A stretch of 64,000 nucleotides of DNA, from positions 3,424,001 to 3,488,000 of the forward strand of contig OZ241867.1 in NCBI GenBank assembly GCA_965203175.1, read 5' to 3'. Origin of the DNA: Candidatus Latescibacterota bacterium (lineage in GTDB: Bacteria; Latescibacterota; UBA2968; UBA8231). Under the pieces are notes generated by a model. That model was not told the origin of the DNA and made no database searches. It worked only from the letters and a program-made list of their open reading frames with translations. The translations under genes were made by a program, and so were the position numbers. Positions 9,270 through 17,966 of the stretch are shown here, in pieces (position 1 is the first letter of the stretch; every line of letters starts with the position of its first letter).

Positions 9270-10795
9270 CTCCAATTTCTGCTCCTGCCAATCACAAAGA
9301 AGCCGTGAATCTATGGGCTGACGAGGCTATATGGGGGCATCGGTTTCATAACGACCAAACGCCATGGCTGGTGCTACTAGAGTTCCTGGCCGTATTCCGC
9401 TCAAGGAATCTGGACGGTAACGCACTGGATGAGGAACAAGTCAACGGCGAGCATGAGCACGTACCTTACTACATCCCACGTATGACACCGCTCAGGCAGC
9501 TAATCTTTAACAATCCACACATTCAGCATATTGAAGTGGAGGGGAAGACCAATAATGAGTGCTGGGATACTTGGCTGGATAAGATCGACGGGGACTACAA
9601 TTTTTCGTACCTGAAAGATCGATTCGAGAATTTCTCGCGCTTGGCACCGATTGTTGAATTCTTCCAGAATACTGCTATTGAGGCACATCGACAACGCCGA
9701 TGGACCTCGCGCTTCTTGTTTCCCTATGGTCCCAACTGTATATACGCTGACCTTCCGGGCAAGATTTCTGGTAGCCCGGACAGGCGGTTTTTCGCACGCG
9801 GTGGCGAACTATTGTATCTCATGCTTTCACGCAGTGGCGATGGCCCAGCATTAGCAAAGAAAATCGCAAGTCGCCTTCTACCGGACAATGATCGTTGGGA
9901 CCGTGTAGTGCGCGCATTGCTACCGGAGAACTATCGCGTAGAGCCAGATTCTGTACGAATAGAACATATCGGTTATCTGCCATTTGTCGGCCGACCAGAG
10001 TACCAAGGGCTTGCTAGGGACTGGCACACGCTCTTGGACCTGAACCTACCGGGTACAACCTTGCTTGACCCGTTGATGCGGCTATCGACGCTTCACATGT
10101 TGTTGTACATGGTGAGGCGTGCCCACGAGGAAGTAGGAGACGGAGCGAAGCCTACTTTCGTTCTGGAAATCGCTTCGCCGCGTAAAACACCGCTCCTTGA
10201 ATTATCTGCCGATAACCTTGGTAGTAATCGCATACTGTCGCGGCGTGCAATTCACGCCTATATTGACCGAGCAAAGCAAGATACGGCTTGGCAAAGTGCG
10301 TTGAATGATCGGGTACCTGCTGACGCTGTTCGGGACTACCTCTTGAAGCGGTTTTCTTGGAAGCCTGAAGATGACAGGCATAGCAATGATCCTGATAAAG
10401 TGTACCAGGAACTACGCAGCTATGCGGAAAAGCGCCATAGTGAGCATGTTGCGAAGGTTCATATAGAATGGAGCCGACATATTGGCCTGTCTGTCTCTCG
10501 TCGCGGAACAGGAACTTGGTACGCCGCTGACGATGCGCTTCTTAAGGCTCTGGTTATGGCTACTGTAAAGGAACGTGAGGAATACCACCGTTTTCTGACC
10601 AAGATTTACCAGTATTATCGGTTGGTTATAGGAGTGCAAGAGGCAGAGGATGCCTACGGCACTTTGCCGACAGACGAGAAGGCGTTCACTCAAAACACTC
10701 AGCGTTTAGAGCAACGCCTACGAACCCTAGGTCTGCTACGACGGCTGTCAGATGACTGTGCATACGTTGAGAATCCATTCGGGGACAAGTCATGA
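9266..10795 (+). CDS. sspG: SspG/DptG-like restriction subunit
   Basis: C-terminal RLRTLGLLRRLSDDCAYV typical of DptG/SspG-like proteins; ATGA overlaps on both sides. Confidence 0.65.
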   Translation: MTPISAPANHKEAVNLWADEAIWGHRFHNDQTPWLVLLEFLAVFRSRNLDGNALDEEQVNGEHEHVPYYIPRMTPLRQLIFNNPHIQHIEVEGKTNNECWDTWLDKIDGDYNFSYLKDRFENFSRLAPIVEFFQNTAIEAHRQRRWTSRFLFPYGPNCIYADLPGKISGSPDRRFFARGGELLYLMLSRSGDGPALAKKIASRLLPDNDRWDRVVRALLPENYRVEPDSVRIEHIGYLPFVGRPEYQGLARDWHTLLDLNLPGTTLLDPLMRLSTLHMLLYMVRRAHEEVGDGAKPTFVLEIASPRKTPLLELSADNLGSNRILSRRAIHAYIDRAKQDTAWQSALNDRVPADAVRDYLLKRFSWKPEDDRHSNDPDKVYQELRSYAEKRHSEHVAKVHIEWSRHIGLSVSRRGTGTWYAADDALLKALVMATVKEREEYHRFLTKIYQYYRLVIGVQEAEDAYGTLPTDEKAFTQNTQRLEQRLRTLGLLRRLSDDCAYVENPFGDKS

Positions 10796-13700
10796 CGCAA
10801 AATGAGCTTATTGCTCAAGTCACAATTGACCTAGTGCAGCAACAGCTTGAAAACGAGCCGGAGGGCACACTGCGATTCTGCATGGTGGGCTTAGACGCGC
10901 AATTGGTAACCGACATCGCAAACACAGCATTGGCCGACCCAGACGTAAGCCGGGTAGTCAATGTCCGCATCCCGTCTGCCTTCGCAAAAACGGAAACGCT
11001 TCCACATGAGGCGATCAGCGATGAGTCCATTACACATTGGCGCCACTGCCGGCTTGAAGAAGGAAAGCGCGGTGTCCTCTTCGCCGCCTCCCATGAAGAA
11101 CTGCAGCGCAACGACAAGAGCGTGGAGAAGATCACCCGAATCGAAACCGACGTACTCCGTGATTTACACGATTCTTGGATAGAGCGTGCGGACCTCACAG
11201 CACTTTATCTAGACGAGAAGAAACGCTCACACTTGCGAGCCTGCTTACATGCCGCCAATGATGCCCATGCCGCACGGACTATAGAAAGATTCGCTGACTT
11301 CGTTCTTGCTATTGCAAAAGGTATCATTACCCAAGGGCTGCCGGTGCAGAAGGGGGTGGACAACGCTTTACCAGCGCTCCATTTGCCTAGAAATGCCGGA
11401 GATTTTGACCGAATTCCCGAGAAGGACCGTGCTAATCCGTCTGAGTGGACTAGGATATTCCGACGGCTCCATACCCGAATACGTCCCTTGCTCGTGCAGG
11501 AAAATGAGCAAGGGGAATCGGTTGCTGACCAGTTACGCGAGAACTTTGACGAAATCCGCGACCGCCTGGATAACCATCAAGTCTGCACTATTGAGAAATT
11601 CCTAGACGCCGACCTAACACCGGATAGGTGGTCACAGGCACAAGATGATTTGGCTCAACTGGACTGGCGTGCTATCAGTGAGGTTTTCATCGGCGTACAA
11701 CGTATAAAAGCAATGCCCCTTGGGATGCGGACAATTCAATTTTTTGAGGATGAGTTTGGCGACCAACTCGATGACGATGATCGAGACTTATTGATGGCAT
11801 CACTCCCCAAAGGCCCTTCCGAATCCTTGGAGAGCTTCTTCGAACTTCGACGTGAGCAATTGGCACGCGATAAGAAGCTCTACGGCCAGTGGGAACGCTA
11901 TATTTACCGCAACCCACAGCCATTCGATGACTTTTGGGTCGGCTTGATTGACACAATTCATCAATTGCACAAACACACAAATGATGAGGATCTGAAGAGT
12001 CGGCAACTCGTGGTGCGTATTCTTCGCGGACGGGAGAAAAGTTTCTGGCGCGAAAAAAATGTCCATGTGGCACGATATTTTGCATTTCGCTATCGCGGTA
12101 TTGCTAAACTATTTCAAGAGGATGTCCAGTTCGATTTTGGCCGACTTGAGGAATTCTATTTTCCAGAACCGAATGCAGAGTTAAAGAAGTCCACCTCTAG
12201 GTCAAAAGACGCCCGACAGCTAAAGTTTGAAGTAGAACTAGATTCTGACGGTGCCAAGTCGAAGCTTATGTTCCTATGGGAAATGCCACCTGACGCGTTA
12301 GCCAGCGCGATGCCTAACGACCTGTTGCGTATTGCCAATGTCAATGGAGATACCGCGCTCTTGCCGACAGCAGATATCGCACGCCAGTCCGTGAGTGCTA
12401 AGGGGCACATTCAGCGCATCGCGCTTGATGACGTGAACACCATACGTGACGTTGATAAAGGCAACGATGGTATCTTAGTCGCACCCAATCAACCCTTTGG
12501 GGACCTAGGCGAAGCGTTTCACTTAGCGTGTGATGAATTGAAAGGAATCGCTTTGGACGAAGTGCAATACCAGAGAATCGGTAATGCATTCTCCGATTTC
12601 GCTACGGACTATACCAGAGCGATCCGTGATTGGATTGGTGATGAGGGGCTCGGCATCTCGTCACACGCCCTCGTTTCACAGGTAGAGTCATACGGCACAC
12701 TCCTTAAATTTTTAAGAAGTGAGGCCGATAACGACTTGGCTCGCCAGAAGCTATGGCATAAGCTATTGAGAGTGGGGATTGCCAAAGTGAATGGTGGTGC
12801 TTCGGCAGCGATTATTACACCTTGGCACCCACTGCGGCTAGCGGAGATTCACGTTAAGGCGAGGCAGACCGCAGAGCTAATCAAGACGGTGTTGAAGGCT
12901 AACAAAGATGACATTTTTCGGGCGGACATTCTGTTTAGCCAAAAGCGTCAGGAGCTCAAGGCGGACTATTACCCAGAGGTGTGTATCGGGTCCGAGGAGG
13001 ACGACCGGCCCATATTACTGTCTGCTGCGGAAACGCTATTCGACTATACGCTTGCGGAATCACCGAAGCGGCGTGTGATGCAGAACGGCGACGATGCCCT
13101 TGACATCGAGCCGGGGGTTGCAGCGCGCGTGTTTGGCGATGTGGGTGAGCAATATTTAGAGCTTCTACCTCATGAGCGTACCAACTTCTCGGTGGTCTTG
13201 TACAATGCTGAGTCCAAGGCCCTACCAAGCGCTATTGCGTCTGAGTTATCGAGCAAAGTCGAACAGGAAAGTGAACTCCAGTGCGACCTTCTTCTTACAC
13301 ACGCGAGCCCGAAGCGGATGCGACGAATCTATGAACAGCAAAATGTGGCGGTGAGTGAGGAAGCAGGCTCTGTCATGGCGAGCGAGGCCGCACGTAACTT
13401 CCTATCGCGCCTACGAGTTGGGTTCTTGGATGCCACAAATATCTCGAATGACGAGACCGAGCGAGTGTCTGATCTGGTTCTTTTGCAGGATGTGATTGCT
13501 CGAAATGCAGAGGTTCGATGGAAAGAGGCCCCCAGTGATAGGCACCCTGCTCTACTAGAACACGTTCCGCCGCGTTGGTCCCGCCGTCGTCCGGTCGGTC
13601 CGGCAGATCAGACTTCTTCGATTTATTTGACCTCACCAATGCAGCCGGTACCGGGTCAAGCCTATCTTAATGCCGTGCATATATACTTGGACGGTGATAA

Positions 13701-16179
13701 TGCTCGGTCAGGTAATGTCATTCCCGCCCGAGAAATCAATTTCCAAGACAGCGATGTAGACGATGTTTTTAAACAGACGCACAAGATCGGCGAGTGGGTC
13801 GTAAATTTCGACGAGCTTGTGGATCGGAGGCTGTTAGCTAACAAGGGTGTGCATGTAATCCGTCATATCCATGACCGAAATGTAGGCCGGAACATAGTTG
13901 TCTCCACAAACTCAAAGCCGCGACTGCTTCGTGTGCTGATTCGCGAGCGGCTGGATCGGATTGATCCTGCTATCGTTGGAACGTACGGAGATTGCGTCAT
14001 AGACCGACTGATCAAGAAGGCCAACGACCTGTCCGGTCAAGTCGTGATGCGTGCGGCACGATATGGGCATTTCGCCAACGAGCTCTTAGGAATCGTGCTT
14101 TCCATGCAACGACTTCAGACGGGTTTAGGCGACCCATCTTTGCCTGTTGGATGGTATTTCCTTGACGACTTTGCCAACTGGTTTAGTCGGCACGAAGAGC
14201 CGATCGCCGATATTATGGCCATAGCGCCGAGAATAGAGAATGGAATGCCCGTCCTTAAGATTGCCATTTCGGAGGCGAAGTTTGTTGAGTCGAAAGGACA
14301 CCGAGCGTACGCCAAAAAATCGGAGCAACAACTTCAATCTACAGTCTCACGTATAAGCCGTGCTTTAGACCCACAGCATCGACGAATTGACCGGCAGACT
14401 TGGCTGCATCGACTGGGGGATTTCATGATCGAAGGAATGGAGTACTTCGACAGTGTACAAAGACATGATTGGGATCTGCACCAATGGTCCGACGAAGTAC
14501 GGCAGGACAAGGTGTCTATCAGGATTGTTGGGTTCTCTCATGTCTTCGTCCATGATGACGAGGCGCATGTTGATACCGGCGACGCCATACCTCTTACCGG
14601 TATGGAGCACTGTTTACAAGAGGTGTTTGACAAGTCCCGCGTCGCTGAGGAATTGAGACTCTTCGCAGCGCCAGTAACAACTCAAGCGGAACAAGCAGAC
14701 CAAGCAGCACAAGGATGGACACGCGCACTAATTTCCCAAGCTCGGACGGTCAAGGCCCAGGAGCCCAGCACCGATACACAAGTAGAGGCAACCACTGAAG
14801 AAGAGGTATCACATCGGCAGCCTGAAACTTCGCTAATGCCTGAGAGCGCCAAAACGGAGGCGATATTGACCGATGACCCAAGCCTATCGATCAAGGCGGA
14901 GTTCGAAAAACCCATAGTCGGCGAAAAATTGCAAGAAGAGAAGACTGACGTTTCCGAAAAGCATGAACTGACGGGGGACACACAATGGCCGTCAACCGAT
15001 CTCCAGTACTGGGTAGACATTGGCAAGGCCATAGGCGACAAGGACGAGCAAGCCTTTGAGTGGCTGGACACAACGGTAAAGAGCCTCCAGCGTGCGCTTC
15101 GGGGCTACGACATGACAACGGAGTTACTGGGGTCGCGCTTAACTCCCAATGCCGCCCTAGTGCGTTTTCGTGGTACCGACGACCTGACAACGTCGAAGGT
15201 AGAACGCCGCCGACAAGAGCTTTTGACCTCACATGCGATTGACGTAACCAATGTCCTCGGAGTACCAGGCGAGATCATCATCATGGTACGTAGGCCGGAG
15301 CGTGCCATTCTATTTCTACGGGACTTGTGGCGTCATCGACAGTTGCCGAAAACGGCACCCGAGACCAATACTAGTCTACTGCTTGGCGCACGAGAGTCGG
15401 ACGGTGAACTGCTCTACCTCAACGTGGATGACGAATTTGCCAACTATCAGCCCCATGGACCGCATACTCTTATTGCGGGAGAAACGGGTAGTGGCAAAGG
15501 GGTCCTAGTTCAGTGTATGCTATTGGATATTTGTGCAACGAATTCGCCGTACACTGTGCGCATCCGTATGATTGACCCAAAGGCAGGGATTGACTTTCCA
15601 TGGCTGAGGCGGATGCCCCACCTCGACGGCGACGTAGTGACCCATCAAGGCGAAGCCATCCAAGTATTTGAAGGGCTAGTTGCAGAAATGGAGCGGCGCA
15701 ATCGGCTCTTGGCCGGCGCTGGAGTGACGAAGCTTGCACACTACAATAGGAAGGTCGTCCCGGCTGATCGCCTACCGCGGATTTGGCTATTTCACGATGA
15801 GCTAGCCGATTGGATGCTAATCGACGAATACCGCGAGGCCGTGGAGACCAATGTTACGCGGCTCGGTGTCAAAGCACGAGCCGCAGGCATAAATTTAGTT
15901 CTCGTCACACAACGACCGGATAAGAATGCACTACCTATGCAACTGCGGGCCAACTTGTCCAACCGGCTAGTCCTGAAAGTTGCAGACAAACGCAATTCTG
16001 AGCTTGTTCTGGACGAAGCCGGTGCCGAACGCCTTCTAGGTCGCGGCCACTTGGCTGCAAAGCTCTCGGGAGAAGGAAAAACTATTCTCGCCCAAGTGCC
16101 GTTCGCCACCGATTACGAAATTGAGGAATTAGCTTCTCTGATTACGGATGCTTGGAACAATCACGGCCAGAGTGATTAG
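10792..16179 (+). CDS. sspH: SspH/DptH-like protein with a PD-(D/E)xK-like motif and a C-terminal FtsK/SpoIIIE ATPase
   Basis: PWHPLRL; IAD...ISEAK; FtsK motifs PHTLIAGETGSGKG, MIDPK, HDELADW, ARAAGINLVLVTQRP; no transmembrane segments. Confidence 0.75.
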   Translation: MTQNELIAQVTIDLVQQQLENEPEGTLRFCMVGLDAQLVTDIANTALADPDVSRVVNVRIPSAFAKTETLPHEAISDESITHWRHCRLEEGKRGVLFAASHEELQRNDKSVEKITRIETDVLRDLHDSWIERADLTALYLDEKKRSHLRACLHAANDAHAARTIERFADFVLAIAKGIITQGLPVQKGVDNALPALHLPRNAGDFDRIPEKDRANPSEWTRIFRRLHTRIRPLLVQENEQGESVADQLRENFDEIRDRLDNHQVCTIEKFLDADLTPDRWSQAQDDLAQLDWRAISEVFIGVQRIKAMPLGMRTIQFFEDEFGDQLDDDDRDLLMASLPKGPSESLESFFELRREQLARDKKLYGQWERYIYRNPQPFDDFWVGLIDTIHQLHKHTNDEDLKSRQLVVRILRGREKSFWREKNVHVARYFAFRYRGIAKLFQEDVQFDFGRLEEFYFPEPNAELKKSTSRSKDARQLKFEVELDSDGAKSKLMFLWEMPPDALASAMPNDLLRIANVNGDTALLPTADIARQSVSAKGHIQRIALDDVNTIRDVDKGNDGILVAPNQPFGDLGEAFHLACDELKGIALDEVQYQRIGNAFSDFATDYTRAIRDWIGDEGLGISSHALVSQVESYGTLLKFLRSEADNDLARQKLWHKLLRVGIAKVNGGASAAIITPWHPLRLAEIHVKARQTAELIKTVLKANKDDIFRADILFSQKRQELKADYYPEVCIGSEEDDRPILLSAAETLFDYTLAESPKRRVMQNGDDALDIEPGVAARVFGDVGEQYLELLPHERTNFSVVLYNAESKALPSAIASELSSKVEQESELQCDLLLTHASPKRMRRIYEQQNVAVSEEAGSVMASEAARNFLSRLRVGFLDATNISNDETERVSDLVLLQDVIARNAEVRWKEAPSDRHPALLEHVPPRWSRRRPVGPADQTSSIYLTSPMQPVPGQAYLNAVHIYLDGDNARSGNVIPAREINFQDSDVDDVFKQTHKIGEWVVNFDELVDRRLLANKGVHVIRHIHDRNVGRNIVVSTNSKPRLLRVLIRERLDRIDPAIVGTYGDCVIDRLIKKANDLSGQVVMRAARYGHFANELLGIVLSMQRLQTGLGDPSLPVGWYFLDDFANWFSRHEEPIADIMAIAPRIENGMPVLKIAISEAKFVESKGHRAYAKKSEQQLQSTVSRISRALDPQHRRIDRQTWLHRLGDFMIEGMEYFDSVQRHDWDLHQWSDEVRQDKVSIRIVGFSHVFVHDDEAHVDTGDAIPLTGMEHCLQEVFDKSRVAEELRLFAAPVTTQAEQADQAAQGWTRALISQARTVKAQEPSTDTQVEATTEEEVSHRQPETSLMPESAKTEAILTDDPSLSIKAEFEKPIVGEKLQEEKTDVSEKHELTGDTQWPSTDLQYWVDIGKAIGDKDEQAFEWLDTTVKSLQRALRGYDMTTELLGSRLTPNAALVRFRGTDDLTTSKVERRRQELLTSHAIDVTNVLGVPGEIIIMVRRPERAILFLRDLWRHRQLPKTAPETNTSLLLGARESDGELLYLNVDDEFANYQPHGPHTLIAGETGSGKGVLVQCMLLDICATNSPYTVRIRMIDPKAGIDFPWLRRMPHLDGDVVTHQGEAIQVFEGLVAEMERRNRLLAGAGVTKLAHYNRKVVPADRLPRIWLFHDELADWMLIDEYREAVETNVTRLGVKARAAGINLVLVTQRPDKNALPMQLRANLSNRLVLKVADKRNSELVLDEAGAERLLGRGHLAAKLSGEGKTILAQVPFATDYEIEELASLITDAWNNHGQSD

Positions 16180-16254
16180 TTAGAACATTGCCCTCTTACA
16201 GTGAGGCATCCATAAACGAGTAGGAAATATTTTTTGACTAAAGGCTGTTCTAAA

Positions 16255-16295
16255 GAAAAAACCCCGTGTCGGGAAGATTTGGCACGGGGTTTTTC
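16255..16295. terminator. Bidirectional intrinsic terminator (copy 1)
   Basis: GAAAAAACCCCGTGTC-loop-GGCACGGGGTTTTTC, A-tract before and T-tract after, about 75 bp downstream of sspH. Confidence 0.75.
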
Positions 16296-16515
16296 GGTTC
16301 TCTCAGATTTCAAAAAGGCCCACGACCGAATAGCGACAGCAGTTTGAACAGCATCCGTATCATTGGACATCTCCCTTTATTGCTGACATAGTGCTGACAC
16401 AACTTTTTTGTCGTTTTTTTCATATTTGTCTTAAATATTTATTTTTATTTAGTTTAGTATCAAATACCAAATCGACAACTTACTCATTAGTGGTTGGTTT
16501 TGAAAATTTGAGGAA

Positions 16516-16555
16516 GAAAAACCCTCGTGCCGAGGATTTGGCACGAGGGTTTTTC
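16516..16555. terminator. Bidirectional intrinsic terminator (copy 2), downstream of tRNA-Lys
   Basis: GAAAAACCCTCGTGCC-GAGGATTT-GGCACGAGGGTTTTTC, perfect 16-bp stem. Confidence 0.8.
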
Positions 16556-16685
16556 GGTTCTCTCAGGTTTCAAAGTAGCCCACGACCGAAGAGCGACAAC
16601 GACTTGAACCGTGTTGGCTGGTAACAATGTGGTAACACAACCTTTTCGCCGTTGTCGTATAATTGTCGTAAGTTATTGTTTTTAT

Positions 16686-16761
<76 letters not shown>

Positions 16762-16792
16762 AGAGAAAATATCTGCACGAGCGGGCTGGTCG

Positions 16793-17605
16793 TCAATGCC
16801 GCGCCAGTTCTGGGAAGAGCTCGTCGTGGACTTCGGCGCATTGGCGCAAGTGCACCATGCGCTCTGGGCTGGCTGTATCGAGCATGGTGGGATAGAACAT
16901 GCCGCCGCCGGTGACGATTTGGTAGCCGCCGGGAGAGTGGCGGCTGAGATAATCCCTGAGGGTGGCTAGGTCGGTGTCGTTGGTGCAGGGGCGGGTGAGG
17001 TTCATGGTGAACATGCGCCGCCGCTGGTCGCCGCCGAAGGAGGCGTGGTAGAGGTCGTGGTTGAAGATGACGAGGTCGCCGGGGGTCGTCTCGAGCGCGA
17101 GGCTGCTGGGAAAGTCGCGCGGCTCGATGCCGAACAGCTCCACGGAGTTGTTGAGGTCAATGCCCTCGGCGCGGACGAAGTGGCTGGGGTGGTGGCTACC
17201 GGGGAGTATGCGCAGACAGCCGGTGTCGCGGGTAAGGTCGTCTAAGTAGAAGGCGATTTTGACTGAGAAAAGCTGGCCCCAATTGCCATCGGGGTGCCAG
17301 CCGGTATCGCCGCTGTAGTAGTTGCCGTCGCCACTGGCGTAGTTGAAGTTTTCGCCGAGGACGCCGTTGCAGATTCCGACGATGCGCTCGTCGTCTACGA
17401 GGGTGCACAGCCGCTCGCGGTGCTCGATGGGGCCGCCGAACATGGTGCGCTTGCTGCCGTCGTGTTGCGCGCCGTTGCCGTAGGCTTGGATGGAGCGCTC
17501 AAACTCCTCGGTGATCCAGGCGATCTCGTCGGGGGCAAAAAGCTGCGGGAAGTAGAGATAGCCGAAGCTCTTGAAGAAGCGAATTTGCGCGGGCGAAAGT
17601 TCCAT
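16793..17605 (-). CDS. Phytanoyl-CoA dioxygenase (PhyH) family Fe(II)/2OG oxygenase
   Basis: FFKSFGYL, GWHPDG (HxD), GCLRILPGSH, PGDLVIF..DLYHAS, RR; start MELSPAQ at 17605. Confidence 0.88.
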   Translation of the reverse strand: MELSPAQIRFFKSFGYLYFPQLFAPDEIAWITEEFERSIQAYGNGAQHDGSKRTMFGGPIEHRERLCTLVDDERIVGICNGVLGENFNYASGDGNYYSGDTGWHPDGNWGQLFSVKIAFYLDDLTRDTGCLRILPGSHHPSHFVRAEGIDLNNSVELFGIEPRDFPSSLALETTPGDLVIFNHDLYHASFGGDQRRRMFTMNLTRPCTNDTDLATLRDYLSRHSPGGYQIVTGGGMFYPTMLDTASPERMVHLRQCAEVHDELFPELARH

Positions 17606-17658
17606 GAGGGATCGTCTCCGAGTTAGAGGCACCACGGAAAATACCGCTTCTGCGCAGG

Positions 17659-17907
17659 TCAGCCAAGAGATTCGATGGAAGCGATCTCCATGGTGCGTAG
17701 GTACTCGCAGAGGGCGCGACCGTCTAAAGGCAGGTCGAGCACGTCGGAAAAGGGCCACATATCCCCTGAGAGGAAGTCGATAGCCGTCTGCCGCTCTTGG
17801 TTGCAATCTGTGGTCTGCACGTCTTTGACGGCTTGGATGATGACTGCGGCAGCGAGCCGCCGGTGGCCGTCAAACCGGGCGCGATAGGTCGTCTTTTTTG
17901 TCTTCAT
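17659..17907 (-). CDS. Small hypothetical protein (82 aa)
   Basis: Fills the intergenic gap; helical motif RRLAAAVIIQAVKD...FL..MWPFS; TATACT -10-like box upstream. Confidence 0.6.
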   Translation of the reverse strand: MKTKKTTYRARFDGHRRLAAAVIIQAVKDVQTTDCNQERQTAIDFLSGDMWPFSDVLDLPLDGRALCEYLRTMEIASIESLG

Positions 17908-17966
17908 CTGTTTTTCGCTTTAGCTAGGCTAGAGATAGTATATAACGCCCGAAGTGCCGCTAAGTT

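Larger units (their letters stand above)
1..16685. mobile_element. Putative genomic (defence) island inserted at the 3' end of tRNA-Lys; left boundary outside the window
   Basis: Defence locus directly downstream of a tRNA, att-arm-like repeats, lower GC than the flank by eye; no integrase in the window. Confidence 0.55.
16253..16685. repeat. Two diverged direct copies (~16253-16450 and ~16514-16685) of a structured non-coding element
   Basis: Shared TTTTTCGGTTCTCTCAGRTTTCAAA...GCCCACGACCGAA.AGCGACA...TTGAAC, tandem 8-mers and an AT-rich tail. Confidence 0.85.

Noticed and set aside
10792-16179. Cell-division FtsK or conjugative coupling protein
   Set aside because: No transmembrane or gamma domain; coupled to defence genes; no T4SS genes nearby
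16291-16310. CTGAGAG...GAAA on the minus strand resembling a hammerhead ribozyme core or the TPP riboswitch CUGAGA
   Set aside because: Does not fit CUGANGA, there is no stem II, and the other TPP elements are absent
16480-16500. ACTCATTAGTGGTTGG resembling a tRNA-Met/Ile2 anticodon-arm fragment (att remnant)
   Set aside because: Short, degenerate and opposite in orientation to tRNA-Lys; could be chance
16253-16685. Possible CRISPR array
   Set aside because: Only two long diverged copies, no repeat-spacer periodicity and no cas genes
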